Counted from the stretch's first letter, positions 1-9,126 are shown. The stretch: 64,000 nucleotides of DNA from Candidatus Heimdallarchaeum aukensis (GCA_021513695.1 CP084166.1:800001-864000), one strand, 5' to 3'. The notes: generated from the sequence alone by a model not told the origin. A program made the numbers and translations.

Positions 1-327
1 TATTGCTTTTTTTGATAAGCCTGAAAAAGTGCACTCATAAGGAGGAAGAAGTTCATTCTCATTAACTAATCCAAAACCTGCAGAAATAATGTAATAATCA
101 ACTTCAGCTTTTGACGAAAGAATCTTAACAGCTTTTTTTATTGCAAGAGCTTGTCCACCTATGTATAATTCTCCTGCTTCTCTTAATAATGAAGAAAATT
201 TTTCTTTTGCACTTTCTCTTTGATCTTTTGTTTCTAGGTCCTTACATGTTGGTTGATCATCATGTTGTACAGACTTTTTCTTTCCACAAGAGTTAATAAC
301 AAGTATTGAAGGTTTCAGAGATCTCAC
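1..327 (-). CDS. Hypothetical protein, partial (the C-terminal part of this gene lies beyond the window start); reading frame is open from a GTG/TTG start near 327 to the window edge
   Basis: Uninterrupted 109-codon minus-strand frame in stop-rich AT DNA, bounded upstream by TAG at 328-330. Sits 6 bp downstream of the 334..753 gene on the same strand. Translation reads ...LVINSCGKKK...YIGGQALAIKKAV...SAGFGLV... with no family recognised. Confidence 0.35.
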   Translation of the reverse strand, partial: MRSLKPSILVINSCGKKKSVQHDDQPTCKDLETKDQRESAKEKFSSLLREAGELYIGGQALAIKKAVKILSSKAEVDYYIISAGFGLVNENELLPPYECTFSGLSKKAI

Positions 328-333
328 CTAAAG

Positions 334-753
334 CTATTCAGTATCCTTTTTTGCCAAATATCGATTATAAAATCTTTTAATTTTCTTTTTTTCGAGATCA
401 AAATCTAGATCTTTACTATTTTTGCCTTCTTGCCTTTCCATTTTATTGAGTTTACTTTGAATTTTGCTTAGTTTTAGAGCAAGCATTGAATTTCTTCTAA
501 AAAGTTCACTGTTTTCAAAAAACAAAACCCCATATGCTTTTCTAAGTTTACTATACTTTATTGTTAATTCATTATATCGTTCTCTTAATTCTTCAAGATT
601 CTTAAGTAGACTAACCTCATCAATTTGTAAATCCTCGCTGTTTAATGCCAGAAAATCATAATAATCAAGGAGTGTGTTAATTATATCATCAGTATATTCA
701 GTAACATCTTCAAAAATAGCAGGAATCTTGACATTAGTGATCATTTTCTTCAT
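334..753 (-). CDS. Hypothetical coiled-coil protein (139 aa)
   Basis: ORF with a heptad-rich K/E/L C-terminal half. Its start overlaps the stop of the upstream gene by 4 nt, indicating an operon. Confidence 0.5.
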   Translation of the reverse strand: MKKMITNVKIPAIFEDVTEYTDDIINTLLDYYDFLALNSEDLQIDEVSLLKNLEELRERYNELTIKYSKLRKAYGVLFFENSELFRRNSMLALKLSKIQSKLNKMERQEGKNSKDLDFDLEKKKIKRFYNRYLAKKDTE

Positions 754-1106
754 TTTGCTACACCTTTTAGAATACCATCTAACTTCTCTTCAAGTTCAGT
801 AATAACATTATAATCTTCATTATATTCTTTCTTCATTTGTTTTTCTTCTTCTATACTTTTTTTCAATTTTTCAATTTCTTTTTCTCTTTCTGGAATTTTC
901 TCCAAAAGAGCCTTATATTCTAGTATATACTCCACAAATGCCCAAGAAAGCTTTTTTTCTTTGTTATATTCTGTAAGAAACTTAAAAAATTGGTTTACTT
1001 TTTCTATTATTGTTTCAGATTTTTCCTTTCTCTCTTCAGCGATTCTAGCAATTTTTCGCTGAATTCTTGAGGAAAAAGAAATCTTTACTTTCTCTTGTTT
1101 TTTCAT
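750..1106 (-). CDS. Ribbon-helix-helix (CopG/Arc-like) domain protein with coiled-coil tail (118 aa)
   Basis: N-terminus KVKISFSSRIQRKIARIAEERKEKSETIIE fits the beta-strand plus two-helix RHH pattern. The C-terminal half is a charged coiled coil. Confidence 0.45.
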   Translation of the reverse strand: MKKQEKVKISFSSRIQRKIARIAEERKEKSETIIEKVNQFFKFLTEYNKEKKLSWAFVEYILEYKALLEKIPEREKEIEKLKKSIEEEKQMKKEYNEDYNVITELEEKLDGILKGVAK

Positions 1107-1246
1107 TTACAACTTTTTTTTCAGCTTGCTGTTTTAAAAGTTTATTAAGTTTAACTCAAAATCAGATTTTTCAAAACTTTTTTCTTTTACTTCCATCATT
1201 TTTTTTAAATCAAATAACTTTAATAGCTCTAATTCAAAGTTAAATT

Positions 1247-1576
1247 ATGGAAGAAATAAGTGTCAAGGAGTATTTAGAAAAATCAGGACAATTACTAGAA
1301 AAATATAGATTTAATATTGAAAATCTTCGACATCAGAGAAAACAAATAGAACAGAAATTTTTCCTCCCTCACGAGATGGTTGACTTTTTTCATACAAATA
1401 AAAGCGAATACAAAGTTTGGTTAAAAATTCAAGACATGATTCTCACACTTGAAGATGCTTATGCAGACCTAGTTGGGAGTATGATGGAAGCAAAAGCTAA
1501 CCCTGATAATTATAATTATTATTTAGAAGACAAACGTATTACAATTATGCAACTAAAAGAAACTGAAGAAGAATAA
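1247..1576 (+). CDS. Hypothetical protein (109 aa)
   Basis: ORF only; no recognisable motif. Confidence 0.4.
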   Translation: MEEISVKEYLEKSGQLLEKYRFNIENLRHQRKQIEQKFFLPHEMVDFFHTNKSEYKVWLKIQDMILTLEDAYADLVGSMMEAKANPDNYNYYLEDKRITIMQLKETEEE

Positions 1577-1681
1577 AGAAATAAGTGATAAAGAAAAGAA
1601 ATTAAATTAACAATTTTAAAAAGTAAATTCACTGTTTTTCTAATAAGATTTATTTAGGGTGTTTGAATAATATAATATTTG

Positions 1682-3265
1682 ATGAGATTTGTTTTATTTT
1701 CTGATACCCATATTGGTGGAAGATATGATGAAATGATATTGATGAAAGGTATAGATTTTATTAATAACATTGATGGAGATATTTTTATTCACTGTGGAGA
1801 TTTAACTGGTTCTGGCACTTTGGCTGAATATGAGATTGCTAGACTTTATTTAGAAAAAATCAAGAAAAGGCCTTTTTTCATTGTTCCTGGAAATCATGAC
1901 TGCAAAAATGTGGGTGATTTACTTTTTGAAGAAATAGTTGGTGAGCGTTTTTGGGTAAAGACATTCGAAAAAAAGAAAACTCGGATTCTTGGTCTTGACT
2001 CTACTGAACCCGATGCAAATACTGGAAGAATGGGTCCTAAATCAATAAAAAGAATTTATGAAGAATTTGAGGATTTACCAGAATATTGGTTAAAAGTTTT
2101 AGTTTTTCATCATCAGACTTTACCAATTCCCTATACTGGTAGAGAAAGAAGTGCAATCAAAGATGCAGGAGATGTAGTGAAAGCTATTCTTGATTGTAAC
2201 ATTCATCTTGTTTTCAATGGTCATAGGCACATTTCTAATGTCTATAAGATGTCTGATGGAGTAGTAAATGCTTGGATTATTAATGTTGGTACATTATCTT
2301 GTAAAAAAACTAGATATAGAGAAGAGTATAGCTTAACTGTCGTTGATGCTTCTTTAAAGAAAAACAACCTTGCTATTCGTAGTATACTACTTAAGAAAGA
2401 GCCTATCAGAGAAGTTGTAAAATATTCTGGTAAATTCCAACGTTTTATTGCCCCTATGAATAAGAAACACATAGCAACAATAATTCAAATAGGCAATACA
2501 GCTTTTTCTAATTCACGATTTAGGATGGGTAATTTCTACAAAGGTCTCGAAACAATTAATCTCATCCCTTGTGATGTAGTTGTCCATTGTGGAGAAGTTA
2601 CAGGTGCCTCCTATGTCAATGAGTTTCAAAGAGCAAAGGCTTTATTATCTCAAATAGAAAAACCTCTTATTGTTGTTCCAGGAGATAATGATGCTTTTCC
2701 ACTTGGTTGGGATTTGTTTCCTGAGTACATTGGTGATCCTAACCCCTATTTTGAGAATGAGCATTTGATTGTTAAAGGGTTCAATACTTGCTTAATTGAC
2801 GAACAAGAGGGAAGACTCGGAAGAGGAAATATGAAAGAGATGATAACAACATTTGAGAATAAATCAAAAATAGGAGTAGTAGCTTTTCATCATTCAATAA
2901 TGCCTTTACCTCACTCTAAACATGATGCAGAGCTAATAGATGCAGGAGATGTTCTTGCTGCCATAGTAAACCACAGAATCAATCTCGTTTTAACTGGAGC
3001 TAAAAATAGAAGCGGGTGTTGGCAAGTTAACGACACTGTATTTGTAAATGCTGGAACACTCAGCTCTGAAAATATTACTACAAGAGACGGAAATAGTTTC
3101 AACATAATAACCATTAGCCAAACAGATATAGGTAAACTTTACGAGGTCGATGAGTATTTTGTTGAAACAAACGAAAGAAAAACTATTGGAGTTTTCCATA
3201 TTTCTGATAGGGGGATACCTATTCTCATTCCTGATAGAAAGGTTCCCAACACCATTCATTTATGA
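1682..3265 (+). CDS. Tandem calcineurin-like metallophosphoesterase; the second module is degenerate
   Basis: First half carries the full MPP motif set: FSDTHIG (DxH), HCGDLTG (GD), GNHD, HHQT, GHRH. Second half has VVHCGEVTG, PGDNDAF, FHHSIMP and TGAKNRS, so the last His motif is lost. The ORF track starts at TTG 1679; ATG at 1682 is more likely. Confidence 0.8.
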   Translation: MRFVLFSDTHIGGRYDEMILMKGIDFINNIDGDIFIHCGDLTGSGTLAEYEIARLYLEKIKKRPFFIVPGNHDCKNVGDLLFEEIVGERFWVKTFEKKKTRILGLDSTEPDANTGRMGPKSIKRIYEEFEDLPEYWLKVLVFHHQTLPIPYTGRERSAIKDAGDVVKAILDCNIHLVFNGHRHISNVYKMSDGVVNAWIINVGTLSCKKTRYREEYSLTVVDASLKKNNLAIRSILLKKEPIREVVKYSGKFQRFIAPMNKKHIATIIQIGNTAFSNSRFRMGNFYKGLETINLIPCDVVVHCGEVTGASYVNEFQRAKALLSQIEKPLIVVPGDNDAFPLGWDLFPEYIGDPNPYFENEHLIVKGFNTCLIDEQEGRLGRGNMKEMITTFENKSKIGVVAFHHSIMPLPHSKHDAELIDAGDVLAAIVNHRINLVLTGAKNRSGCWQVNDTVFVNAGTLSSENITTRDGNSFNIITISQTDIGKLYEVDEYFVETNERKTIGVFHISDRGIPILIPDRKVPNTIHL

Positions 3266-3343
3266 TATAACTTAGATATTTAACTAGTTATATCGATAGA
3301 TATTGTAAAAAAATTTAAATCTAAATAATGAAGTGTACACCTT

Positions 3344-4627
3344 ATGCACAAAGAGGTAAAAAATTCAAAAAACGTTTCTTTTCCAGTTGTAATAAAAAAT
3401 TTAGATGAGAGAATGAATAAATGGTTGAAAGAAGCACAGAAACGTATATTTAGTATTGCTGCAGGAGATAGGATTTCATTCATAGCTTCTGCCATAGCAC
3501 AAGTTGGTTTTGGCAAAATCCTCTATGCTGCAAATGAACTTGGGGTTGATATTGAAAAAACCAAACCATACATTTTTTTTGCTCCTGACGGAACTTGCTC
3601 ATACAACGAAATTAGAATAAAAAGAGGTTTTACATATGGTTGTATATTCAAAGCAGATTTCGAGGGACTGATTGGTACTAATAACTCAATGCCAAACGGT
3701 TGTGGATATAGCTTATATGAACTTAAAGATTGGAACGATGATGAAACTCTAATCAGAACTTTAAACCAAATAAAGCAAAATATAACAGAAGAACAAGCAA
3801 AAGAACTAGGAAAAGGCAATCATTTTATTGCTGTTTACAAGGTTTTAGACGCTATATCAGGAGAAGATACAGAAAGGAGAATGGTATTACTTCATTGTAG
3901 TGGGCATGATTTAAGCAAAAAACCACTTTATTTCTTCAACTGGTTAGAAGAAACAGATGGATGTCATAAAGTACAAACACCACATGGAGAAATTTACCTT
4001 TTAGAAAGTGAGGCAAAAAAGAGATATATCAAAGAATTTGAGAAACTTGACAAACACAATAAAGAAGCTCGTGTCACTGTCATGAAAGAGTTGTTTAGAG
4101 ACTCTTCCTATGAATTAATTTCAAGTATCACTCACCAAGGGTTATATAATAACGGTTCATATCATTTTTTGGGAATACAAAAAAGCGAAAAACTTATTCC
4201 TATAGCTTTCAATGCAGATGAAGGAGGAATTGCTGTCAAGACAAAGAAGAATCTGTCAGGACAATTTATAGATCAATGGAAACAAGGAACAAGAGTGAAA
4301 GATTTAGGATATGAAAGAGAATTTAAAGAGCTCAACTTTACTCCACACGGAGGAGGATACGAATTCAAATACCCAATCAAACGTTTTGTTATATTCTTAA
4401 ATGATCAAGGACTGGATCACTTCTCGGTTGAATTAAAAAAGCCGAAAGAGCCAAGTATTAAACTTATTGCTTCCTATTTCAAACCTATTAGAGAATACAT
4501 GACATATAGGAGAAAGTTACCAGTAATGAAAGAAGTCTTTAAAGCGGAGCTAGCAAACCACATTTATGATCTTGTTCCATTTATGCAATTACATCCTAAA
4601 GTTAGTATTCCTGGAGGACATTACTAA
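3344..4627 (+). CDS. Divergent RtcB-family RNA ligase paralog (427 aa)
   Basis: Carries the hallmark RtcB active-site motifs in order: MPNGCGYS (Cys ligand), GKGNHFIAV (GSGNHF motif), HCSGHD (H-x-SG) and TPHGGGYEF (HGAGR-like nucleophile His region). Otherwise strongly diverged and shorter than canonical RtcB. Confidence 0.6.
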   Translation: MHKEVKNSKNVSFPVVIKNLDERMNKWLKEAQKRIFSIAAGDRISFIASAIAQVGFGKILYAANELGVDIEKTKPYIFFAPDGTCSYNEIRIKRGFTYGCIFKADFEGLIGTNNSMPNGCGYSLYELKDWNDDETLIRTLNQIKQNITEEQAKELGKGNHFIAVYKVLDAISGEDTERRMVLLHCSGHDLSKKPLYFFNWLEETDGCHKVQTPHGEIYLLESEAKKRYIKEFEKLDKHNKEARVTVMKELFRDSSYELISSITHQGLYNNGSYHFLGIQKSEKLIPIAFNADEGGIAVKTKKNLSGQFIDQWKQGTRVKDLGYEREFKELNFTPHGGGYEFKYPIKRFVIFLNDQGLDHFSVELKKPKEPSIKLIASYFKPIREYMTYRRKLPVMKEVFKAELANHIYDLVPFMQLHPKVSIPGGHY

Positions 4628-4651
4628 TCAAGATTTAACCAAAGTGATAAT

Positions 4652-5395
4652 ATGCATTCTAACCCTTACATTATAGCTCATCGGGGTTTTTCTTCTAAAT
4701 ACCCCGAAAATACTATTCTAGCGATTAACAGGTCAGTAGGAATAGCAGATATTGTTGAATTTGATGTTCAACTTACAAAAGATAGGTATGTAGTTTTATT
4801 TCATGATGAAACAACAAAAAGGATTTTCCCAGAAATCGAGGAGAAGAGAATCCAAGACTTATATTATCATGAACTAAAAGAATTAAATGCTGGTAAATGG
4901 TTTTCATCAAAAATAGAAAAACAAACTATTCCCAAACTCGAGGAAGTAGTAGAAAAGATAAACAACAAAATCTCAATGATTATTGAATTAAAGAACAAGG
5001 GAAATAAAGAAAAAAAAGAAGAACTAGCTACTATAGTATTGAATATCCTAGATGACAACAATGTCTCTTTAAACAAAGGGTATCTTTCAGTTCGAGACTT
5101 AGAAATGCTTGAAATTATTAACTCTCTTTCTTCAAAATACAGAATTGGATTAATGCAGAAAACGAGAACACCGGAAGAATTTATAGAACTAGTTAAAAGT
5201 AACAATCTTGAATTTGCTCAAATAAGATGGAAGAATTGGACTGAGAGTAATTGGCAAGAACTTTTGTCTTTAGAAACTAAAATTACTGCTTTTTATGCTG
5301 ATGAAGAAAAAGAATACAATTTTTTAATTGAAAAACAAGTTTATGGAATTTTCACTAATTTTCCAGATAGATTAAGAAAACTGCTGAACATGTAG
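4652..5395 (+). CDS. Glycerophosphodiester phosphodiesterase (GDPD family)
   Basis: N-terminal IIAHRGFSSKYPENT ... EFDVQLTKD ... FHDETT signature of the GDPD/UgpQ family. Confidence 0.75.
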   Translation: MHSNPYIIAHRGFSSKYPENTILAINRSVGIADIVEFDVQLTKDRYVVLFHDETTKRIFPEIEEKRIQDLYYHELKELNAGKWFSSKIEKQTIPKLEEVVEKINNKISMIIELKNKGNKEKKEELATIVLNILDDNNVSLNKGYLSVRDLEMLEIINSLSSKYRIGLMQKTRTPEEFIELVKSNNLEFAQIRWKNWTESNWQELLSLETKITAFYADEEKEYNFLIEKQVYGIFTNFPDRLRKLLNM

Positions 5396-5403
5396 AATTT
5401 AAT

Positions 5404-6147
5404 TTATTGAGGTTTCTTTCCTACAGTCGCTGCATAAATTACAAATTGATCTTTTCCATTAATGTTTAACAATTTATTTAGTTCATCATCATGAAAAGCT
5501 CCTATAGCACATGTTCCACAATCTATATTTTCAGAAGCAAGATAGAGATTCTGACAAACATGTCCCGCATCTAAGAATAGATATCTATACCCTCTTTCTC
5601 CATATCTCCAGGCCATACGGTAAGGAACAGCAACCCAAAAGAATGTTACAGCACTTCTTTTTACAGTACTTTGGTTATAAGATGCTTTTGTAAACTTTTC
5701 TGCTAGATTTTTTGAATTATCAATAGGCATCAGACTATGTTTAGAAGCAATATATCTATAGAGACCTGGTTCTATGTTGTCTACATTATTAATTAACAAG
5801 AAAGTTTCAAAAGCATGCCTAGCTCCTGCTGAAGGAACAGTTCTGAGAGTATAAGCTTGTCTCATAAATTCTTTTATTCCTTGAGAAGACCAGAGTAGCC
5901 AGCTTAACTCTAGTAAGCTTATTGGATCAGGAGCATATTTTCTTAAAGATCTTCTGTTTGTGATGCACTCTTTTAAAGAAACTTGAGGAATATTACTAAA
6001 ATCTCTACTCAATTCAATTAATTCTGCATTTTCGTCCCATGGGAGCTCTAAAGGGGGAGAGGGAGCTCCTTTACCTTGATCACTTCGAGAAAGATACTTA
6101 TACTTAGTTTTTTCAATAAACTCTTTTCCAATATTTTTGTATGTCAT
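5404..6147 (-). CDS. SagB-type nitroreductase-family dehydrogenase
   Basis: RRSLRKY motif plus C-terminal nitroreductase-like core (GARHAFETF..., FLDAGHVCQNLYL...). Stand-alone gene. Confidence 0.55.
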   Translation of the reverse strand: MTYKNIGKEFIEKTKYKYLSRSDQGKGAPSPPLELPWDENAELIELSRDFSNIPQVSLKECITNRRSLRKYAPDPISLLELSWLLWSSQGIKEFMRQAYTLRTVPSAGARHAFETFLLINNVDNIEPGLYRYIASKHSLMPIDNSKNLAEKFTKASYNQSTVKRSAVTFFWVAVPYRMAWRYGERGYRYLFLDAGHVCQNLYLASENIDCGTCAIGAFHDDELNKLLNINGKDQFVIYAATVGKKPQ

Positions 6148-6242
6148 TGCTATAGTATAGAAATAAGATTTTTTAAATTGTTCCTTTTAATAATGCATTA
6201 ATACTTTAAAAAACTTAAAAAAGCATAAAAACAATTTGTCGT

Positions 6243-6788
6243 GTGATACAGAGGAACTACAAAATAATACTTATTGGAAATGCTCTTGTTGGAAAAACTG
6301 CTATTGTAACACGTTTTGCTAAAGATTACTTTGAACAGAACTATTTGAGAACGCTAGGAATCAATTACTACATAAAGACACAAGTAATTACTAATGTAGA
6401 AGTAAAGATGATTATTACAGACACCGCAGGACAAGAAGCGTTTCAACGCCTAAGAAGTTCGTATTACAAGGGGGCAAGAGGAGCAATAATTGTTTATGCA
6501 ATAAATGACAGACATAGCTTTGGACAAGTTGATTATTGGAAGAATGAAATGTTCAAGACTTTAAAAGAAATCCCAATAATAATTGTCGGAAATAAAATTG
6601 ACTTAATCGATCAAAGAAGAATATCAACAAGTGAAGGACGCTTGTTAGCGAAAAAATTGGGTTGTTTATTTATTGAATCATCTGCTAAAACAGGAGAAAA
6701 TATTGATAAAATCTTTGAAATGATAGTTAAAGATATACTAAGAAAAGATAATTTAATAACAGAAGAAAAAGAAGAAAGTTCTACTTAA
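6243..6788 (+). CDS. Rab/Ras-family small GTPase (eukaryote-like), GTG start
   Basis: G1 GNALVGKT, G3 DTAGQE, RabF-like YYKGARG, G4 GNKIDL, G5 ESSAKTG. Confidence 0.8.
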   Translation: MIQRNYKIILIGNALVGKTAIVTRFAKDYFEQNYLRTLGINYYIKTQVITNVEVKMIITDTAGQEAFQRLRSSYYKGARGAIIVYAINDRHSFGQVDYWKNEMFKTLKEIPIIIVGNKIDLIDQRRISTSEGRLLAKKLGCLFIESSAKTGENIDKIFEMIVKDILRKDNLITEEKEESST

Positions 6789-6918
6789 GTAATTAAAGTA
6801 GATGAAGGACAAAATCCATTAAATGAAGATCAAGAAGTAGAAAAAAATTAGAAACTACAAAGAATATCTCAAAAAGAAAGATTAATTATAGAAATTATGC
6901 ACAAAGAAGGTTCTAAGA

Positions 6919-7683
6919 ATGCTAGAAAGAGTTTTTTTTATTTATTACCAGTATATCTTTTTATCTTTAGGTATAGTAACTTTTTTTCTATTACTTAGAA
7001 TTACAGCTCCTTATGGGAAACATTTTTCAGAAAAATTTGGTCCTTCAATTAAAGGTTCTTGGGCTTGGTTGATTATGGAATCACCAGCAGCAATTACGAC
7101 TACGATTCTATTCTTACTTTCGCTAAAAGAACTATCACTAGTTCCTGTGCTTTTGGTTTGCATTTTTTGTATTCACTACTACCCTAGAGATTTTATTTAC
7201 CCTTTTTGGGCTAGAAGAGAAGCAAAAACACCTTTGATTATTATGTTCTCTGCTATATTCTTTAATATTAGCAATGCTTATCTTCAGACTAGATGGTTAC
7301 TCAAATTCGCTCCTGAAGATAAGTATACTATTAGTTGGCTTTATAGTCCCCAATTTATTGTTGGAAGTTTACTATTTATTTTAGGATTTATATTTAATCG
7401 AAAAGCTGAATTCTCATTAAGAAAACTAAGAAAGAAAGGAGAAAGTAGTTACAAAATACCCTATGGGGGAATGTTTGAGCTTATATCTTGTCCTAACTAC
7501 TTCTTTGAAATTATTGAATGGATAGGTTGGGCAATAATAACTTGGTCAATTCCAGGGCTTGTATTTATGATTTGGACTATAGCTAATCTTGGCCCAAGAG
7601 CAGTTAGCACGCATAACTGGTATAAAAATAACTTTCCAAATTATCCAAAATCAAGAAAAGCTCTTATTCCATTTGTTTTTTGA
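6919..7683 (+). CDS. 3-oxo-5-alpha-steroid 4-dehydrogenase / polyprenol reductase family membrane protein (SRD5A-like)
   Basis: C-terminus GGMFELISCPNYFFEIIEWIGWAI...WYKNNFPNYPKSRKALIPFVF matches the SRD5A C-terminal domain closely. N-terminal TAPYGKH motif also present. Multi-TM. Confidence 0.8.
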   Translation: MLERVFFIYYQYIFLSLGIVTFFLLLRITAPYGKHFSEKFGPSIKGSWAWLIMESPAAITTTILFLLSLKELSLVPVLLVCIFCIHYYPRDFIYPFWARREAKTPLIIMFSAIFFNISNAYLQTRWLLKFAPEDKYTISWLYSPQFIVGSLLFILGFIFNRKAEFSLRKLRKKGESSYKIPYGGMFELISCPNYFFEIIEWIGWAIITWSIPGLVFMIWTIANLGPRAVSTHNWYKNNFPNYPKSRKALIPFVF

Positions 7684-7754
7684 ATATTCTCTTTTTAATG
7701 AAAAATGAAGAGTTTAGGGAAAGTTTTTTTATTCAGTCGATTTAATTTTATTCT

Positions 7755-8669
7755 ATGAAAAAAATAACAAAAATCTTTTTTTCTGTTTGCTTTCTTCTTT
7801 TAATCTCTATCCTAACCTTTAGTCAATTTTCTAAAGGGCTATATTCTCCAGATTTGAAGGATAATACAGTATATACCTGGAATGTTCAAACTCTCGCAAA
7901 AGTAGGTACTTTTGATACACCTTACTTATCTATTGATGATAGTACAATAAAACAAGGTGATGTCATTAAGTTACGGCTATTAAATAACACAGATGAAGTA
8001 GCAAATGGATCCGTAAGTAATCTATGGGGAAGAAGTAACGTTTGGTTCGACCTCTTTATAAACAACGAATTTGTTACAAATGATTCTGATGTACCATTAT
8101 TTGCCTTAGATTGGATGGGAATTCCCAGAATATATTTTGATTGGGCTAACCAGTATGACTTTTATTGGGTACTTCCAGTAGAATTTACTAACGAAACAGG
8201 GACATATGAATTCTTTGAAGTAACACATAGTCTTTTTAATAATTTAAAACTAAGTCAAAGTTCTGTTCAAGATTACCACGGATATTATAGTTCGGTCAGT
8301 TGGAACTTAAAACAGATATCAAAATTATCTAACTTAACTTGGTCATTAGTTGTTAAATGGTCATATAAAGAAAAAACAGAAGATAGAACCTCACCAGATT
8401 GGAGTATCATAAATCTAGAAGAAACAATAAGCACAGAATTTAGATTTAATAGAAAAACAGGACTACTAGTATATTTGTCTTATAAATATACTCTAAAGCA
8501 AAATGAAAAATCTGAAGGTGTTGAAACTAACGAAAACGAAAGTTTAGATTTGCTAATAACAAGTAATGAATTACCTACAAAAGCTTCTACAAACTTTATA
8601 TTATATATGATAACCATCCTTACAGTTACAAGTATTAAAATAGTCTATAGTAAACGCAAGAAGAAATAG
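7755..8669 (+). CDS. Secreted/surface protein with N-terminal signal peptide and C-terminal TM anchor plus basic tail
   Basis: Hydrophobic N-terminus (FFSVCFLLLISILTF), N-glyco sequons, C-terminal TM followed by SKRKKK. Confidence 0.5.
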   Translation: MKKITKIFFSVCFLLLISILTFSQFSKGLYSPDLKDNTVYTWNVQTLAKVGTFDTPYLSIDDSTIKQGDVIKLRLLNNTDEVANGSVSNLWGRSNVWFDLFINNEFVTNDSDVPLFALDWMGIPRIYFDWANQYDFYWVLPVEFTNETGTYEFFEVTHSLFNNLKLSQSSVQDYHGYYSSVSWNLKQISKLSNLTWSLVVKWSYKEKTEDRTSPDWSIINLEETISTEFRFNRKTGLLVYLSYKYTLKQNEKSEGVETNENESLDLLITSNELPTKASTNFILYMITILTVTSIKIVYSKRKKK

Positions 8670-8723
8670 TAGCTTTCTTCTTCTCTTTTTAATTTTTCAA
8701 AAAAGTTTATTAGTCCAAAAAAA

Positions 8724-9101
8724 ATGAGTTATTTAATGAGTTCCAGCAATTTAAGTGAAAGATATATTGACCTAGAGCAGATTTGCAACGAATATGATAT
8801 CAGACTTTTTAAACCTTTAAGTTGGATATTAATTTTAAACCTCGAACTAATTCCAGAAGAAGATATTCAAGCTGATCCAAAACTAAAATTTTCCCACGCT
8901 TTACTTGAGGGTAATAAAGAAGAAGCTTTGAAAATAGCAAATGAGTTAAAAGGAAAAGATACTACCATCTCGAAATACTTTAAGCAACTACTAGAAATCG
9001 ATCCTGAATTAAAAAATACTCTAGAAATAAGTAAAAAGTTCTTTGACTTTTCAAAAAGAAGAATAGAATTTATCAAAGAACATGGTATTAAAGCATATTA
9101 G
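8724..9101 (+). CDS. Hypothetical protein (125 aa)
   Basis: ORF only. Confidence 0.4.
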   Translation: MSYLMSSSNLSERYIDLEQICNEYDIRLFKPLSWILILNLELIPEEDIQADPKLKFSHALLEGNKEEALKIANELKGKDTTISKYFKQLLEIDPELKNTLEISKKFFDFSKRRIEFIKEHGIKAY

Positions 9102-9126
9102 TCTTATTATTTTTACTTTTTCTATT

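Noticed and set aside
2242-3259. Minus-strand ORFs 2242..2472, 2911..3114 and 2990..3259 inside the phosphoesterase gene
   Set aside because: They are antisense to a motif-supported gene and have the S/I/F/L-rich composition expected from the reverse frame of AT-rich coding DNA.
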